64,000 bases of DNA. Source: Trichoplax sp. H2. Lineage: Eukaryota. Position 1 is the first letter of the stretch; every line of letters starts with the position of its first letter. The DNA is taken from assembly GCA_003344405.1 (NCBI GenBank), contig NOWV01000159.1:1-64000 (forward strand), given 5' to 3'. The notes beneath the pieces are model-generated. The model ran no database searches, was not told the DNA's origin, and saw only the letters and a list, made by a program, of their open reading frames with translations. A program made the translations under genes and the position numbers. This document shows, one piece after another, positions 1-13,388 of the stretch.

Positions 1-318
1 GTACAGTACTTTACTGTAATAATCAGTCATTCGAGAGTTGAGGCGTTGAAATATTTCACTGTCAGTAAGTAATCTGAAACATCTAGTACCATGTCAATAT
101 GATCTACAATTAAAGGATGAGATTTGCAAAGGTGTTCATTTCGTGGGTCTTTCCACTATACTTGTAGTAAAGCTTTCCGACATGAAACACTATTAGAAAG
201 TAGTAGAATGACATATTTTTTATAAGTTACATATAAAAAATATACGCCACATACAGTACAGCATATAGCATAATTATTATTATTATTTATTATTAATTAT
301 AAATCATACATACGAAAG

Positions 319-558
319 ATGAGAATCATCATAGAACGGCGATTTAAGAAATCCGTTGCTCGTCACACTGTTGAGATGCAAATGGGTGATGATATCCTTC
401 AGATGAAACAAAAATATGCAGAAGAAACTGGTATTGACTTGCTAACTATAAATGGTTATTACGGTTTGTACGATGAAAATGATAACCTGCTATGCGACGA
501 GATGTCGGCAACTAATTTCGAAGATGATACGGTGGTCTATCTACTATATCAAGGTTAG
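319..558 (+). CDS. Small (79 aa) putative ubiquitin-fold protein ending in ...VYLLYQG
   Basis: Intact ORF. Length and pattern (MRIIIE beta-strand; 'DILQMKQKYAEETGI' helix; 'LCDE' loop; C-terminal 'VVYLL..G') resemble ubiquitin-like domains. A GTAAGT donor at ~65 and an AAG directly before the ATG suggest a 5'UTR intron. Fold assignment is inference. Confidence 0.5.
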   Translation: MRIIIERRFKKSVARHTVEMQMGDDILQMKQKYAEETGIDLLTINGYYGLYDENDNLLCDEMSATNFEDDTVVYLLYQG

Positions 559-1139
559 AAGCCACAATATAATATGAACTCCATACATACTGTATTACGA
601 AATACGAGTCTACCCGTATAATCTAATCTAATATATCGTGACTTTTTTAAAACGATCATCACATACTGTACTACTGATTATGATAGGCGTACATGAATGA
701 ACACTACTAATAATTATAAGATAATCAATCTGCCTGGCGAAGCGTCCCGGCAGGCCAAAGCTAGCTTGTTAAATTACATTAGTTGTTGTTGCAGCGAGAT
801 ACTGTATTCATGTTTGTATTTGTATACCTACGTCAGTACACCTGTACAGTATACGCGTGTTTCAGGTACAATATACTACTGTACAGTAAACAATAAACAT
901 CGCGGATCAATTCGAATATAAGCGGTTTAGTCGAATTGATCCAGCAACGCGTTACAATTTGACAGTTTAGTTAGTATTTTGGATCAAATCTATAGTATTT
1001 CAACTACTGCAAATCTTGCTAAATCATTGTAGTAAAATAAAATAAAAATTGTACTGTATGTACGGTACACTACAGAGTATACAGTACAGTACAGTATATC
1101 GCTTATTACTGTAGGAACTTCACTTTTGCAGTACGTCGT

Positions 1140-4100
1140 ATGGATTTATGTGATCTATCAGCAGATGAAGGATATTTTTTCCCTTTCTCTATGGATCTTA
1201 TGAGGCATAAGAGTGAGACTTCGAAGCGTATTACTGTATTAATTAATTGAAAGAAAAGAAATCGATTTTATCGTGATTGTAAATAAAGTCAAAGTATAGA
1301 AAGTGTAATACAGTCATGTGTAAAAGCTTTGAATATGCCAACTACTGTACAAATTACTGGTTCTTTTTACTCTGCTAAAACTTTAAGTATGTACTCGTAC
1401 AGTACCATTAGGGTAATATGGCTAATTATATCAATTAATTAATTAATACCAGTAAATTACCCGTTTAAATGAACTGGAATATAATCTACACAAAGCAATA
1501 AATTAAAAGAAATTTACAACTAGATTATCTTAATATACGGTATACGGTTCCTACCTAGATAGGTAGATTGGTATCACAATTGGTATTTTGCTCATACGGT
1601 ATAATGCTCAAATTCTCTCCAGTATTAGCGCGAGACATTTGAACACTTGGATCAAGTGTATTAGACATTGATATAGTATAAGAATTTGCAAGGTCCGTCC
1701 AATGCACTTAATCCGAACACTTTTTGCAGTCAATATTTAATCATTGAAAAGTACAGCAACGTTTCTTATTGATTACAACATTTTATTGCTATTTTGTAAC
1801 ATCGCTGCTAGTTTTGGAGCGATGATGAATTTGATGATTCAACGCTTAATGTCGGCTAATGGATATTATATTGCTGCTACTCGCCAATTCGCCAAATAAT
1901 TTAATAATTAATTTGAAATTCATCCGATACCAGCTAAGACTACAGCAGGTATTTATGATCATTTTCCGTCAAATATAGGAAAGGGATTTCAGCCAACAAA
2001 GAAAACGTGTTTGTGTCTGGCTTTAATACTTGGAATCTTAGGAATAATTGGAATTATCACGTTTTCCGTTTTGCATCAGAGAAAGATTGCTGTCATACCA
2101 CGGCAGGTAGAATTTGCAATTTCTTTTTCTGTTAATCTGCTTTCGAAATTTAATGCGTTCAATTGTGTAGGTGAGTAGCGTTATGTTTGAGTTTTTACCG
2201 TAAAAATGGATTCGCTAACTTAATGAGTACTGTACAGCATTGTATTTGGAATTACATCTGATGGTGTAATACTTGATGTAAGTCATAATATCTGGTATCT
2301 ATGTTGAGTGTATACGTGTACAGTACTGTACTGTACATACTGTACATGTAGGACAAGCCAATGCTGAACATTGCTGAGTTAGTAATTAAGAGTGATTAAA
2401 TGGTCACTAATGTTTTTGTCATTTCTGTAGTTTGGTGTTGTAATCGATGCCGGCTCGACGCACACTCAAGCCAATCTGTATTCATGGCCTGCTTTGAAAA
2501 TCAATTGTACTGGTGTTATTTCTCGACTAGCATCTATAAAATGCGCAGGTATAATCATATATGTTATTAGTAGCCTTGATAATTTGAGTTATGCGCTAGT
2601 CTTGTCTGCAATTTTTAAGTTCATTTTGTATGATTCTCACGTACAGGCGTTAACTAGATATATTGTTGTATCATTAATAGATGCATGTGTAGAACAGAAA
2701 ATTTATACCATTTACTTGAAACCTTGTTACAACTCTTTGCAAATATATTTACGACACGCTTACACTAACTTTGCATTCAATCTTTTACGACTACGGAATG
2801 CAGATACAGTATCGTGTCACCTAGAGTCTATTTTCGTGTTTACTAGTACCATATTGTATGCCTACAATTCCATATCAAGTTCCATCTGTAATTTATCTCT
2901 TCATTAAGCAGCAGAAGGTGATCATGGGAGCGTACTGATAGTATGAATGATGTCTCCTCTTAGGGTCCGGAATTGCGGATTATGGTAGTCATCCTGGCGA
3001 TTTAGTAATGCCGCTGTTGTCTTGCATATCAAAGGCGATAACTCCATTGGTGCCTATAGACGAGAGATCGGAAACTGAGTTATTTTTAGGCGCTACCGCT
3101 GGGATGAGGCTTCTACAGTAATTATCTCTAATAATTCTAATGTCATATGGAAACTAGTGTCTTGGATGAAAACATAATCATTGCTACAAATTATATAATT
3201 ATTTATGCTTCCTTGCGCGAAATTCGGAATTTACATTTACAGACTATGAACTATGAAAGATTGCCAAAAAAACAATTACTCTAGTAGCTACGGTATTATA
3301 GTGATAAATGCACAATATAGGGTACGATTGTACTGCTACTAGAAAGTGAAAGACAAGTTATAGGCGCTGTCAAAGTCTATAGTACGTACTGAACGATTAT
3401 CTAATGGAATATTTACCGTATATTCAATAGAGCGGTGAACAGATCGCAAGCAGAAGCAATTTTACATTCGATTAGAAACGTATTTCAGAAGCTCCCGTTT
3501 AAGACATCAAATGAAAGTGTAAAGATAATTACTGGGGAAAAGGAAGGAGCTTTTGCTTGGATTGCTATTAATTACATTACTGGTGTGATCCATTCCAGGG
3601 AGGTAGTAGATGAAAATTTATTAGTCGATTTTATTATTCGCTTTGCTATCATTGCTTTAGTAACTATGCAGTATCACGAGGCACAAAGGGGTGTAAATAC
3701 TGGCTTGAACATAGGTAAAATGATAATTTTATTATGTTTTTTAAGAGCTTTCCGGTAACCTATCTGGATACAAAAACTAACCACGAAACTTACGGAGCTT
3801 TAGATATGGGAGGAGCTTCGACGCAGATATCCTTTAGTCCTAAGTCTGCAGTTACTCTGCATCCTAAGTATGAAAATAATTTTCATTTGTTTGGAACGAA
3901 GTATAGAGTTTATTCACATAGTTTCCTGTGTTACGGCATCAATGAAATCACAAGAAGATATTTAGCAAGCTTGGCGTCTGTAAGTGTTATATGAAAGTAC
4001 TAACAGGGCTATAATATACAGGTTATTACGATAGCACGCTTATTTATTGCCATTGGCTTACACTCGGATCTCTTTGTATTTTAGAATTCTTCAAGTCTGA

Positions 4101-5163
4101 ATATGGTCGTAGATCCTTGTGCGCCGAATGGAGCAGTTTTTAATAGAACCATTTACTACTTATATAAGGCACCATGCAGCCTTGGTTTAGTCAGTCAAAC
4201 TAACTTGAATAATGAAATTATTGTTTCAGGTGTAACTAATATGCCTGTTAACATTACGTTTTACGGAGATTTTAACGCAAAAAAATGCCAAATGCAAGTC
4301 AAAAACCTCTTTAATAAAACAGAATGTGATGATTCGTGCTCATTTAATGGAGTTTTTCAACCCGCTCTCCACGGAAAATATGCTGTAAGTTGCATATGCA
4401 AGAAATAGCATAATTATATCTGGTACATTAGCTACTAAGCAGTTAATTAAATGCATAGATCTCCGATATAAGGCTTTCATTGCTAGATGATACTTTATCA
4501 ATACTTTTCAGGCATCATCTTACTTTTATTACGATGTAAAATTTTTAAACCTTACCACGACCGATGGTAATATTTCAATGACGGCTTTTAAGAACTCAGT
4601 AAAGCGCTTATGTTCACTTTCGTGGTCGCAGGTATGAAAATATAAGAATTTCTTTATTTGTCGTAATTCTACTCATATTCTTACTATTGGTTTCTTACAG
4701 ATTGTATATATAACATCGGCGAATAAATCGGAACTCCCTGTGTACTGTTTTAGGTTACATTATATACTTACTATTCTCCAGTATGGGTACGGATTCAATC
4801 AGAGAATGTGGAAACAGTTACTATTTCTTAAAAAAGTAATTATATGATTCAACTATAAAGTGAATACTTTATTTACCTGCGCTTGATCTCAGATTATTAA
4901 GAAGACACGCTACATTTTAATTTTAATAGGTTAACGGCTCTGATTTAAGCTGGCCAATGGGATATATGCTCGATAGAACCAACTATATCCCACAAAAAGC
5001 TACCTACTTCACTTCTGAATTTGGAGGGTCTGGCTTTATAATTGCCCTTTTGCTGTGCATTTTACTTATTCTTCTTGGAATAAGTTTTGTTATATTTGTG
5101 TTATCTATTAAGAATACGCCACGAAGACGTTATAACTTACTGAGTTCTTATGGATCAATTTAG
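1140..5163 (+). CDS. Ectonucleoside triphosphate diphosphohydrolase (CD39/GDA1 family, two-TM NTPDase1/2/3/8-like), multi-exon
   Basis: Exons carry all apyrase conserved regions: DAGSTHT (~2446), LGATAGMRLL (~3086), ITGEKEGAFAWIAINY (~3530), GALDMGGASTQI (~3794), SWPMGYML (~4948). N-terminal TM in exon 1979-2106 and C-terminal TM near 5035-5105. First exon 1140-1212 is tentative but phase-compatible with the acceptor at 1978. Confidence 0.93.
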
Positions 5164-5731
5164 TATTTTAGAACTATATAACCTAGATTTATGCTGTAGA
5201 TTTCCTAAAAGTATGATTACTAATGGATGGACTGATGTTTCGTCCTTTCTTTATCGTTTTGCAATTCTTATGATGGCGCTAGCGATAATGTACATTGCAA
5301 TAATGATGCTAATGTAGTGATAAAAATCGTTTGTATAAATAGTTTAAATATGTTTGATGACTTTGAAATCATGCCTTTTAAGTTTTATTGTAGCAAGATA
5401 GATTTACTTTGTCTGTTGGCTTCTAGTACATTTTATTATTTATGATCTACTATGACAAGTATCAACGCTCTATTCTGACACATTCCTGTAGCTGCATACT
5501 ATACAATGCATAGCTACTATCTGAAAATAATTACTATGCTGAAAATGACTTCATTAAAACTAAATACCTCTTCTCATGTTGTGTGCATATTCTGAGACAT
5601 TCAGTATATAAATACGTGTATATGTTGGTACATAGTATGATGATGTGTCATATAGCGAATGGTCCAGTATGCAATAATTCATAATATTAAAAAAGGAATG
5701 ACAGTAGAGAGATGTGTGCCACATGCTGGTG

Positions 5732-6043
5732 CTAGGGACTACCAATAAGAAGGAGGTGGGACAGGAAACGGCCTTCAGAACAAAATAATGTGGAGGTTTA
5801 TCACTTTTTTGATCATTCTGCTGTACCGTACCAATGAAACCGTATACCATACAGCATAAAACCAACTTAGCAGGCTAATAGCGGCTAATTTGGATATTAA
5901 TCAAAGACAGTATAGTTCACCGTTGAAGACGTGTGATACGGTTGAAATGGCCAGTAAAATAATTAATTAATCAGCCTTCACGTTATTATTATAGTAAACG
6001 GCCGTTTCCTGTCTTATTCCGTCTCTTTCTTTTTAGTAGTCCT
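5732..6043. mobile_element. Palindromic MITE / non-autonomous DNA transposon, hAT-like
   Basis: Long imperfect terminal inverted repeats (e.g. GACAGGAAACGGCC 5760-5773 vs GGCCGTTTCCTGTC 6000-6013), termini TAGGGACTAC...GTAGTCCT, and an exact 8-bp direct repeat TGCTGGTG at 5724-5731 and 6044-6051. A related sequence occurs at 63910-64000. Confidence 0.75.
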
Positions 6044-7862
6044 TGCTGGTGTACAGAACTGTGGTTATCATTGAGATATACAAGCGCAGTGTCTACAGTA
6101 TAATGATAATCACATCCTAAATTCATACCTGGGAATATTTCTTAGGCCAGATTTCGAAGTAAAAGATTGGTATATCACTGAACGCAAGTGAATAGTAGGG
6201 TACACTTGACGCTTATTGATATTATGATTCACGCATGCATACAAGTATCAGACAGATGCAATCATAGTTCAGTTATTGTAGTGTACTGTGATATAACTAG
6301 ATTAATTGTTGTGTGATAATAACGAGCGCTGATTTAATACGATAATATCTGATCGGTGTTTTTTATTAACTTCCATGGTGTCAGAGGTTAAATTGCTAGC
6401 ATGACAGTCACCGAGTAAGCCAGCTTGACTTTTTTGCAACTTTGTGCATGCTGAACCGGCCTACTATACTGTACATTATACATGCATCGATGGTAAAAAG
6501 AGACTGTGTACGTACAGAGATCTAAAGTTATAGACGATACACTGTAGGAGTCCCGCTGAGTACTCTACCGCTACTGTGAAGTTTACTGTACTGCCGCATT
6601 GCTGCGAATAGTGTAAAGTGGAAGTAAATAGCGGCTTACTGCGTCGCAATGTGAATGTAACATAGACGAGTGTACAATGAACTGCTACAATAATTCGATG
6701 TGAGTTATATCGGTTAAAGACAATCAGTTACTCATACAAATACGCCTATAAATAAATACCATATTTTAAGCGTACAATAAATATTAGGCACTGCCGGCAA
6801 CACGGCAAATTACATTGCTCGTCTTTTTCAAAGGCCAGGTAGGAAATGATTAACGTCATATTTTGCTAATAATCGTATTCGAGAAAGTTTGTAGTTGGAT
6901 TATGCTAAATATGATCTCCAAGATTACGTTTTTACCACCGTTTTGTATTAACATTAAGAGATAATTTTAAAGTCTCTTAAATCGATTACAGATACTAACC
7001 GTATTGAAGGTGAATATTAGCAGATCATAGATTTCAAAGCTATTATATACGCGTATTCAGCCATTTTCGTTTAAGTAACTAGGAACGAGATAGTGCCCTC
7101 GTATCAGATTTTATAGTTAACGAATGCCATTCGAAATTTTTTTACATCTTTTACTACAAAATATGCAGTATTATATATTTTCGCTATTAATATATTTAAT
7201 TCCCATGAAATCTTACTAAGTTGCCATATTATTGTCAGATATCAATACACTGTTGTACGTGTATTTACAATTTTCTATTTATACTGTGGATAACATACAA
7301 TGAATAACAGATACGAGTATAGCACACATTTTAATTATCGAGCGCTCCTGATACCATAGTTTATTCATTATCATAAGCAGAGGCAAGGTTGCAATGCGTG
7401 AAAGCAAGGGCTACTTTCTAATCAATCATAAAAATCGCGATAACTCTTGGCATCAGGAGTTCTGGCACGCAATGGAGTACAATAGCAAGAATTACGTAGT
7501 AAAACCAAGGATTAAACATTTAGAGTTTTATAGGTTATACCAATTCATTTATGATATTAGAGTATATGATACAATATAGTACAGGAGTTCATCTTTATAT
7601 TGAGCACATGCAACGATAAAAATTGGGATGGTTACAGCTATACCTATTTAACATTATATATAGATGTATCTTTGAAAGCCAAGATGACCATACCGTATAT
7701 ATCGTTAACAGCTAACTTTAAATTAATTACATGTAATCGAGATTAGGCCTGAATAATAACAATGGACGATAAATTATCAAGGAAACTTTTAAGTAATACT
7801 CTTATGTCAAACAGACAAATGAGATCTTAGTTAGGGAGGAATTATCTCGCTATTACCTGACT

Positions 7863-10565
7863 TTAAAAGTGTAATTCCATGGGCTCGTCCCTACGGGTTT
7901 CTTGAGGACAGTAAGGACATTTCATCCTAATTACATTTTAAGTTTAAATTAATGAAATTGTAGTATATAAACACTTGAAAAATACGTGTAGGTGTATGAG
8001 CGATAATGAGCATATTGTAATAAACCATATAGATTAAATACTTAAAATCTCTTACTTGCTGCCAGTTAATAGCTTGTTGACAGCTTCTTTGGAAATTGCA
8101 TGTCCACAAGAAAGCCTCATGGGTGGATTCGCTTCCGTACTTCTACTTCGCATTACTGGACAAGCAAATGCCGAATGGAACCGATATTTCGGGCCCAAGT
8201 CAATCTCAATCTGTAAAAATAAAATTTTTGTTAACTATTCGCAACGAAACTAAGTATGTATTATAAAACATACAGGCAATTCATCAGCGTTCGACCAAAC
8301 ATCATGTAAGTGAGGATACTTTAATTGAGACTTGAGCATTAGAAGAGAAGTTGCAGCTAAACAACCCGCATTTAAACTGCAATTAGATAAAATTTGTATA
8401 AACAAAAATAGAAGTCAATATAGCGGATATAACTGTAGCATATTTTTCCTTTTTTGCAAATCCGTTACCAATATACAGCGTTGTGAAAACGCGATAAGAA
8501 CGTCGTAGCCAGATCATAATCTAATACCTTATAGCTAACGAGCTCTCGCATGGTAGACCCATTAGAGCACAAGCATCACTAACAATGACATCGCAAACCT
8601 CCATCCAAATATTGGGATTCAAAAACGTCGCATAGGGTGAAGTTGAAAGACGACCATTTTTACTGAATAGGAAACATGCCATCAACTTTTGTAATTCTGT
8701 AGCAGAGGATAATTTATTCATCCGTGAGAGATAGTATATTTGTTTTATGTAAGATTATCATATTAACTGTTACTGGAATAATTCACTCATAAATTAGTTG
8801 ACCTTTTTGATGTCTTTGGCTACAGCTGCTAAAATGACGAGCATATTCCAAAGCCCGGCGTTCATTATCTTGCAATAGCGATATAAATTTAATTCGATGT
8901 AACATAAACTCTAACGGGCTATTTCTAGCATCCAAGGCAGGTTTGTGTTGCACTACCCATCTGTAAATATTTACTATGTCTTACATGATATACGTATCTA
9001 CGACCTCTAAATTATCCGATGCATACGACTATATTACGGTAGAATTTAAAAATATTTAAGAAGTGATAAAATTTTACTAACTGCATTGCAGGATCTAAGT
9101 TATGGTCTCTACATGCCCGCAGGATCTGATTTAATTCCATAAAAGGCTCTAGTCTAGATTCGTCCCAATCTAATTCTGCCTCCTAGCAAAGATACAATTG
9201 TTTGAGTGGGTTATGATTCTAGATCTATATTTGTAGACATATGTCAGCACTTATACTGTATATAATTAAATAATTGATATATAATAATACATAAAATTGG
9301 TTGATTGAATGTAGAACCTTAATAAGGGTTCTACCGACATCGATACAACCAAGCCGTAGTAAATGTTCACAGATGATTTCCATTAATGCGCCTTGTTTAT
9401 TTGCGTCCACGACGTCTTCCTTGCCCAGTATATGATCATCCGTTACAAAGTTCTGTAAGAATATCTGAAGTTAGCAAACGCTTATCATTAACTTCTAATT
9501 CGAGAGTGTTGGCTACCTTAAACATTTAACTGCGATCTAGTACATTTTATTGTACATTAATATTCAAAATTTGGATATGCTGTAGTATAAGGTACAATTA
9601 CGGTATTGTATAGTGAAATTTACCTGATAAATAATTAGTAAAAATGTTTAGAAAATGCATACAAATCGATCTAGTTAGGACTGAAATTGCTTATAACTCT
9701 TTAAAGTTGCCATTGCTGATTAGAAAGTTTACTGTCCATGACTGTTTATTTTTATAAAATAGAGTCAAAGATTGGAAAGCATAGCCATCGAAATTTCTCG
9801 GGCAATACGATCACACCTTATCAATAGCCTTTCCTATTTTCGAAATACTGGAATGAAGTTCTTTATGATTACTGGAAATTTTCGATACCGTCTCCTTGAT
9901 ACGTTCTATGGTTCGCGTTAAGGACTGAATGATTGAAAACCTGGATATAGGATCTTGATCGGTCTCTACAAAGTTAAAAGTGGCATCAGAAGCAATCAAT
10001 TCTTACATATGCGTGAAATATACAAAAGAGTATGATTATACGACCATTGTACTGTATTGTTTTTTTAAACAAATTGTACATTAGGCTCAACCATTTGGGT
10101 GAGTTTGCTGATTTTTACTCAATTTCATGTTTAGTGCATCATAAAATAAGTTCTAGAAACGAAGGTCTCATGCTTAACAGCGTACAGTACACGTATGTAG
10201 AGATTGTACTGCACATTGCAATCTTTTTCATGTTACTGTACGCGTATTCGATTCATCATCCACGAAGTTAAGCCTTGCAGGTTCAATCTCTCAAAAGGAG
10301 ATATACTGTATATGGATAGTTAATTATTTCAATCAACTATGCACCGATGATCGATACCTTTTAAGGCTGTAAATTGTTGTTGTACATTAGCAACGTATTC
10401 TATTAAGCCATCAATATCTTGATGATATTGTTGATGAGCAACGTTTATTTTCGTAGCGGCTTTCTCAACCTCGTTGCTAACTGATTCTAATCCTTTCCAC
10501 TCTTTGGTACTTTTTTCTTCACAATCAGGTTTACTTTCTGTATCTGCTGACATTATGTGATCCAT
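7863..10565 (-). CDS. RMND5: RMND5/Gid2 RING-type E3 ligase subunit of the CTLH/GID complex, multi-exon
   Basis: Exons encode [17 protein letters not shown], LisH-like '[10 protein letters not shown]', CRA-like '[14 protein letters not shown]', '[22 protein letters not shown]', '[16 protein letters not shown]' and terminal KCPYCP...LHF-stop. Confidence 0.93.
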
Positions 10566-10918
10566 ACCAATTTAACGCTCGTACATTTACGTTATGCTGT
10601 AGTAGTTTATAGATAGTTAAATTAAATTGAAAGGAATCGTTGTCACTTTGCTTTACACGGCGATTGAGATTAGAAACTAGAAATTACAGTGAAGACCGAA
10701 TGCACACTCAGTAGTACGGTACTATGTTAGTACAGATACTTCACAGTACTGTACTGTACATTCAGTACAATATCTTACCGGTACGCTCTGTTACAGTGTA
10801 CAGTACAGTACAGTACAGTACAGTACTACTGTACACTGTACTATACAGTACAGTACAGTACTGTATGTTCATGCCACTTTCGTTTACTAGTTGTGTTGTA
10901 GTCAGTACGAAAATTGTA
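10566..10918. promoter_or_regulatory. Putative bidirectional promoter (RMND5/FNTA) with (TACAG)n array
   Basis: Head-to-head ATGs about 350 nt apart, with dense ACAGT/ACTGT pentamer repeats at ~10710-10865. Confidence 0.65.
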
Positions 10919-13388
10919 ATGGCGTCCTTCGGCGATTCCTCATCATCAGAAAATGTGAAAGAGAGCACTTTATGTCGATATAATCCCGAATGGGCAGATG
11001 TCACTCCTATCGAACAAAATGACGGCTCTGTGTCCGTTGTGACCATCGCATACTCAGAGCAGTGTAAGTAAGTACTGCACTTAGTTCTCAACGCGGTTCT
11101 CAAACGCTAAACTTTCCAGTACTGTACTGTGTTCAGCGAAAGTGCGCTGTTCGGAGATTATTACTCCACAGTACAGTACTTGCAACGCTCCACGAAGTAA
11201 GAAAAGAAAAGTGTTATAGAATGGTACTTTACTTCAATTTCAATTTTATGATATTACGACCCAGTTTCTTGAGATTTTAAGCACACAAGAGATGCAAGTA
11301 GCTACGAATACTATACAAATCTAACACAAATTTGAACCTAACTCAAATTGTCGTAGGATTAAAGTTAAAAACTGTTAATTTAATAAAATAAAAGCTTATA
11401 AAGGACACATGCGGAGATCGTGGAACTGTATCTGCTGATTGCGGTGTCGAACTTTATGGATTTGAATGATCCGGATTCCTTAATGCAAAATTTTTCGAAA
11501 GTTCGCACTCACTACAGCTGTGCAGGCATTACTTGCTGGACACAGAGCATGAAGAATAGCTAGTTACGCAAGTGTTAGACAAAGAAGCTTCTACATCAGA
11601 GCAATAAACTTTTATTGCAACATGCATGATTTGTTCGTTGTTTTACTCTTCCCTTTTTGTCCGGAATTAAAAATAATAATATAATATTCTGGTCATAGTT
11701 ATGAGTTGCCAATTGCCTTTCGTTTTTCTTGATAACTTGATTATGAAATGAACATCAGTTAAAGACGTTTTTGATTACTTCCGCGCTGTTATGAAGAGTC
11801 AAGAAGTCAGTGAACGCGCCTTTAAACTAACATCCGATGCAATTGCAATATGTCCGGCAAACTACACAGTATGGTAAGATTCAATTCTTAGTCGTTCATA
11901 ATCTGTAGTGTCATATCTGGTTAACCTTAATTAAGCATTGTACTGTAGTTCTAGCGCATAACTGCGAGGATCTGCAGTGTTTAAAGTGTATCTATCTATC
12001 CATATCTACTGTATATTACATACTGTAAATAGATTTTACGTGTGTGCACATTACAGTGCATACAGCTGTACTGTATACTATGTATCGTTTCAGGGCTACC
12101 TTATCTGAGATATTTTGGCTAACTGCCACTAGCTTGACTCTTTCATTTTGTGCGCTTGTTGCTTGACCAAATCATAGTATAAATTTCAATTTTCAAACTC
12201 AAAATTTTTCACTTTTAGGTATCTTTCCTACAATTATAACATATTCATTTTTTGGGATTTTGTTAGGCAATATCGTCGAAGGTTATTAAAAGAACTGAAG
12301 AAGAATCTATGGGATGAATTGGAAATGATTGGAAATTTCATTATCGAAGAACCTAAAAATTATCAGGTGTGGTACCACCGTCGAGTACTAGTGGAGTGGT
12401 TACATGATGCAACTCAGGAGCTAAGTTTTACCACAGAAGTCTTACAAGATGATCCAAAAAATTTTCATGCTTGGCAGCATCGTCAATGGTGTTTAAACAC
12501 TTTTAATTTGTGGAATGATAATGGCCATAATGAATTAGCTTATACTTCTGATCGAATTAAAGAAGATGTTAGAAACAACTCTGCTTGGAATCAGCGCTAC
12601 TATGTTATTAATAACACAATTGGTTTCAATGATGATGTTCTCAATAACGAAATAAGGTTATATTACCATAGGTCAACAAACAGTATTAAACATATCAAAA
12701 CTAATAAAGGATTACGTTGCAATAAAATTGCAGACAGAAGCTAAAATAATCTTATTTCTTACTGATTTTAGTTTTACTTGGCATTGGATATCGAAAGCGC
12801 CTAACAATGAAAGTTCCTGGAATTATTTGAGAGGGTGCATGCTTTTTTATTGAAGTATAATATAATCTTGTTATTCGTCATAGCCTCCCATGAAATTTCT
12901 ATGTTATAATCTAATTGCATCATTTTTATAAGATTATATTTAAGAGACTTCAAAAATGTTATCTTTCTCAATAGAGTCCTTAATGGACGCATGAAGGCCT
13001 ACCTCCATCCTAATCTGAAATCTGGTTGTACTTATTTACTGTCTCAAGGTTTAGAATCATCTCATTTATTAGCATTCTTATTTGATTTATACGAAGAAGA
13101 ATTAGACGATGTACATGGCAGTACCGAAAACAATTACAAGATGAAGTTGCTTGCTAAATCAAATGAGGCATGTGAATTTCTCTATCCGAGTTTGATCAAA
13201 TTTTGAATTGTCATAGTTGCAATCTTCGATAAATTTAAACGTAAAGATTGCGAATAAAAGTGTCTACTATAATCTTTTAGATATGTGATCGTTTAGCTGA
13301 TGAGATTGATCCTATTAGAAAGAAATACTGGAAGTATATGAAGCGACGATTGATCAACAAATTTGATCAAAGCGACTCTTTAAACTAA
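10919..13388 (+). CDS. FNTA: Protein farnesyltransferase/geranylgeranyltransferase type-1 subunit alpha, multi-exon
   Basis: [84 protein letters not shown] and DPIRKKYW (prenyltransferase alpha repeats). Confidence 0.96.

Noticed and set aside
5560-5865. 101-aa minus-strand ORF
   Set aside because: Overlaps the MITE arm and has no recognisable motifs; likely spurious.
10724-11103. ORFs with repeated STVQY/YCTVL peptides (also 697-921, 27861-28043, 39391-39600)
   Set aside because: These are translations of the TACAG pentamer arrays; only 10919-11063 is true FNTA coding sequence.
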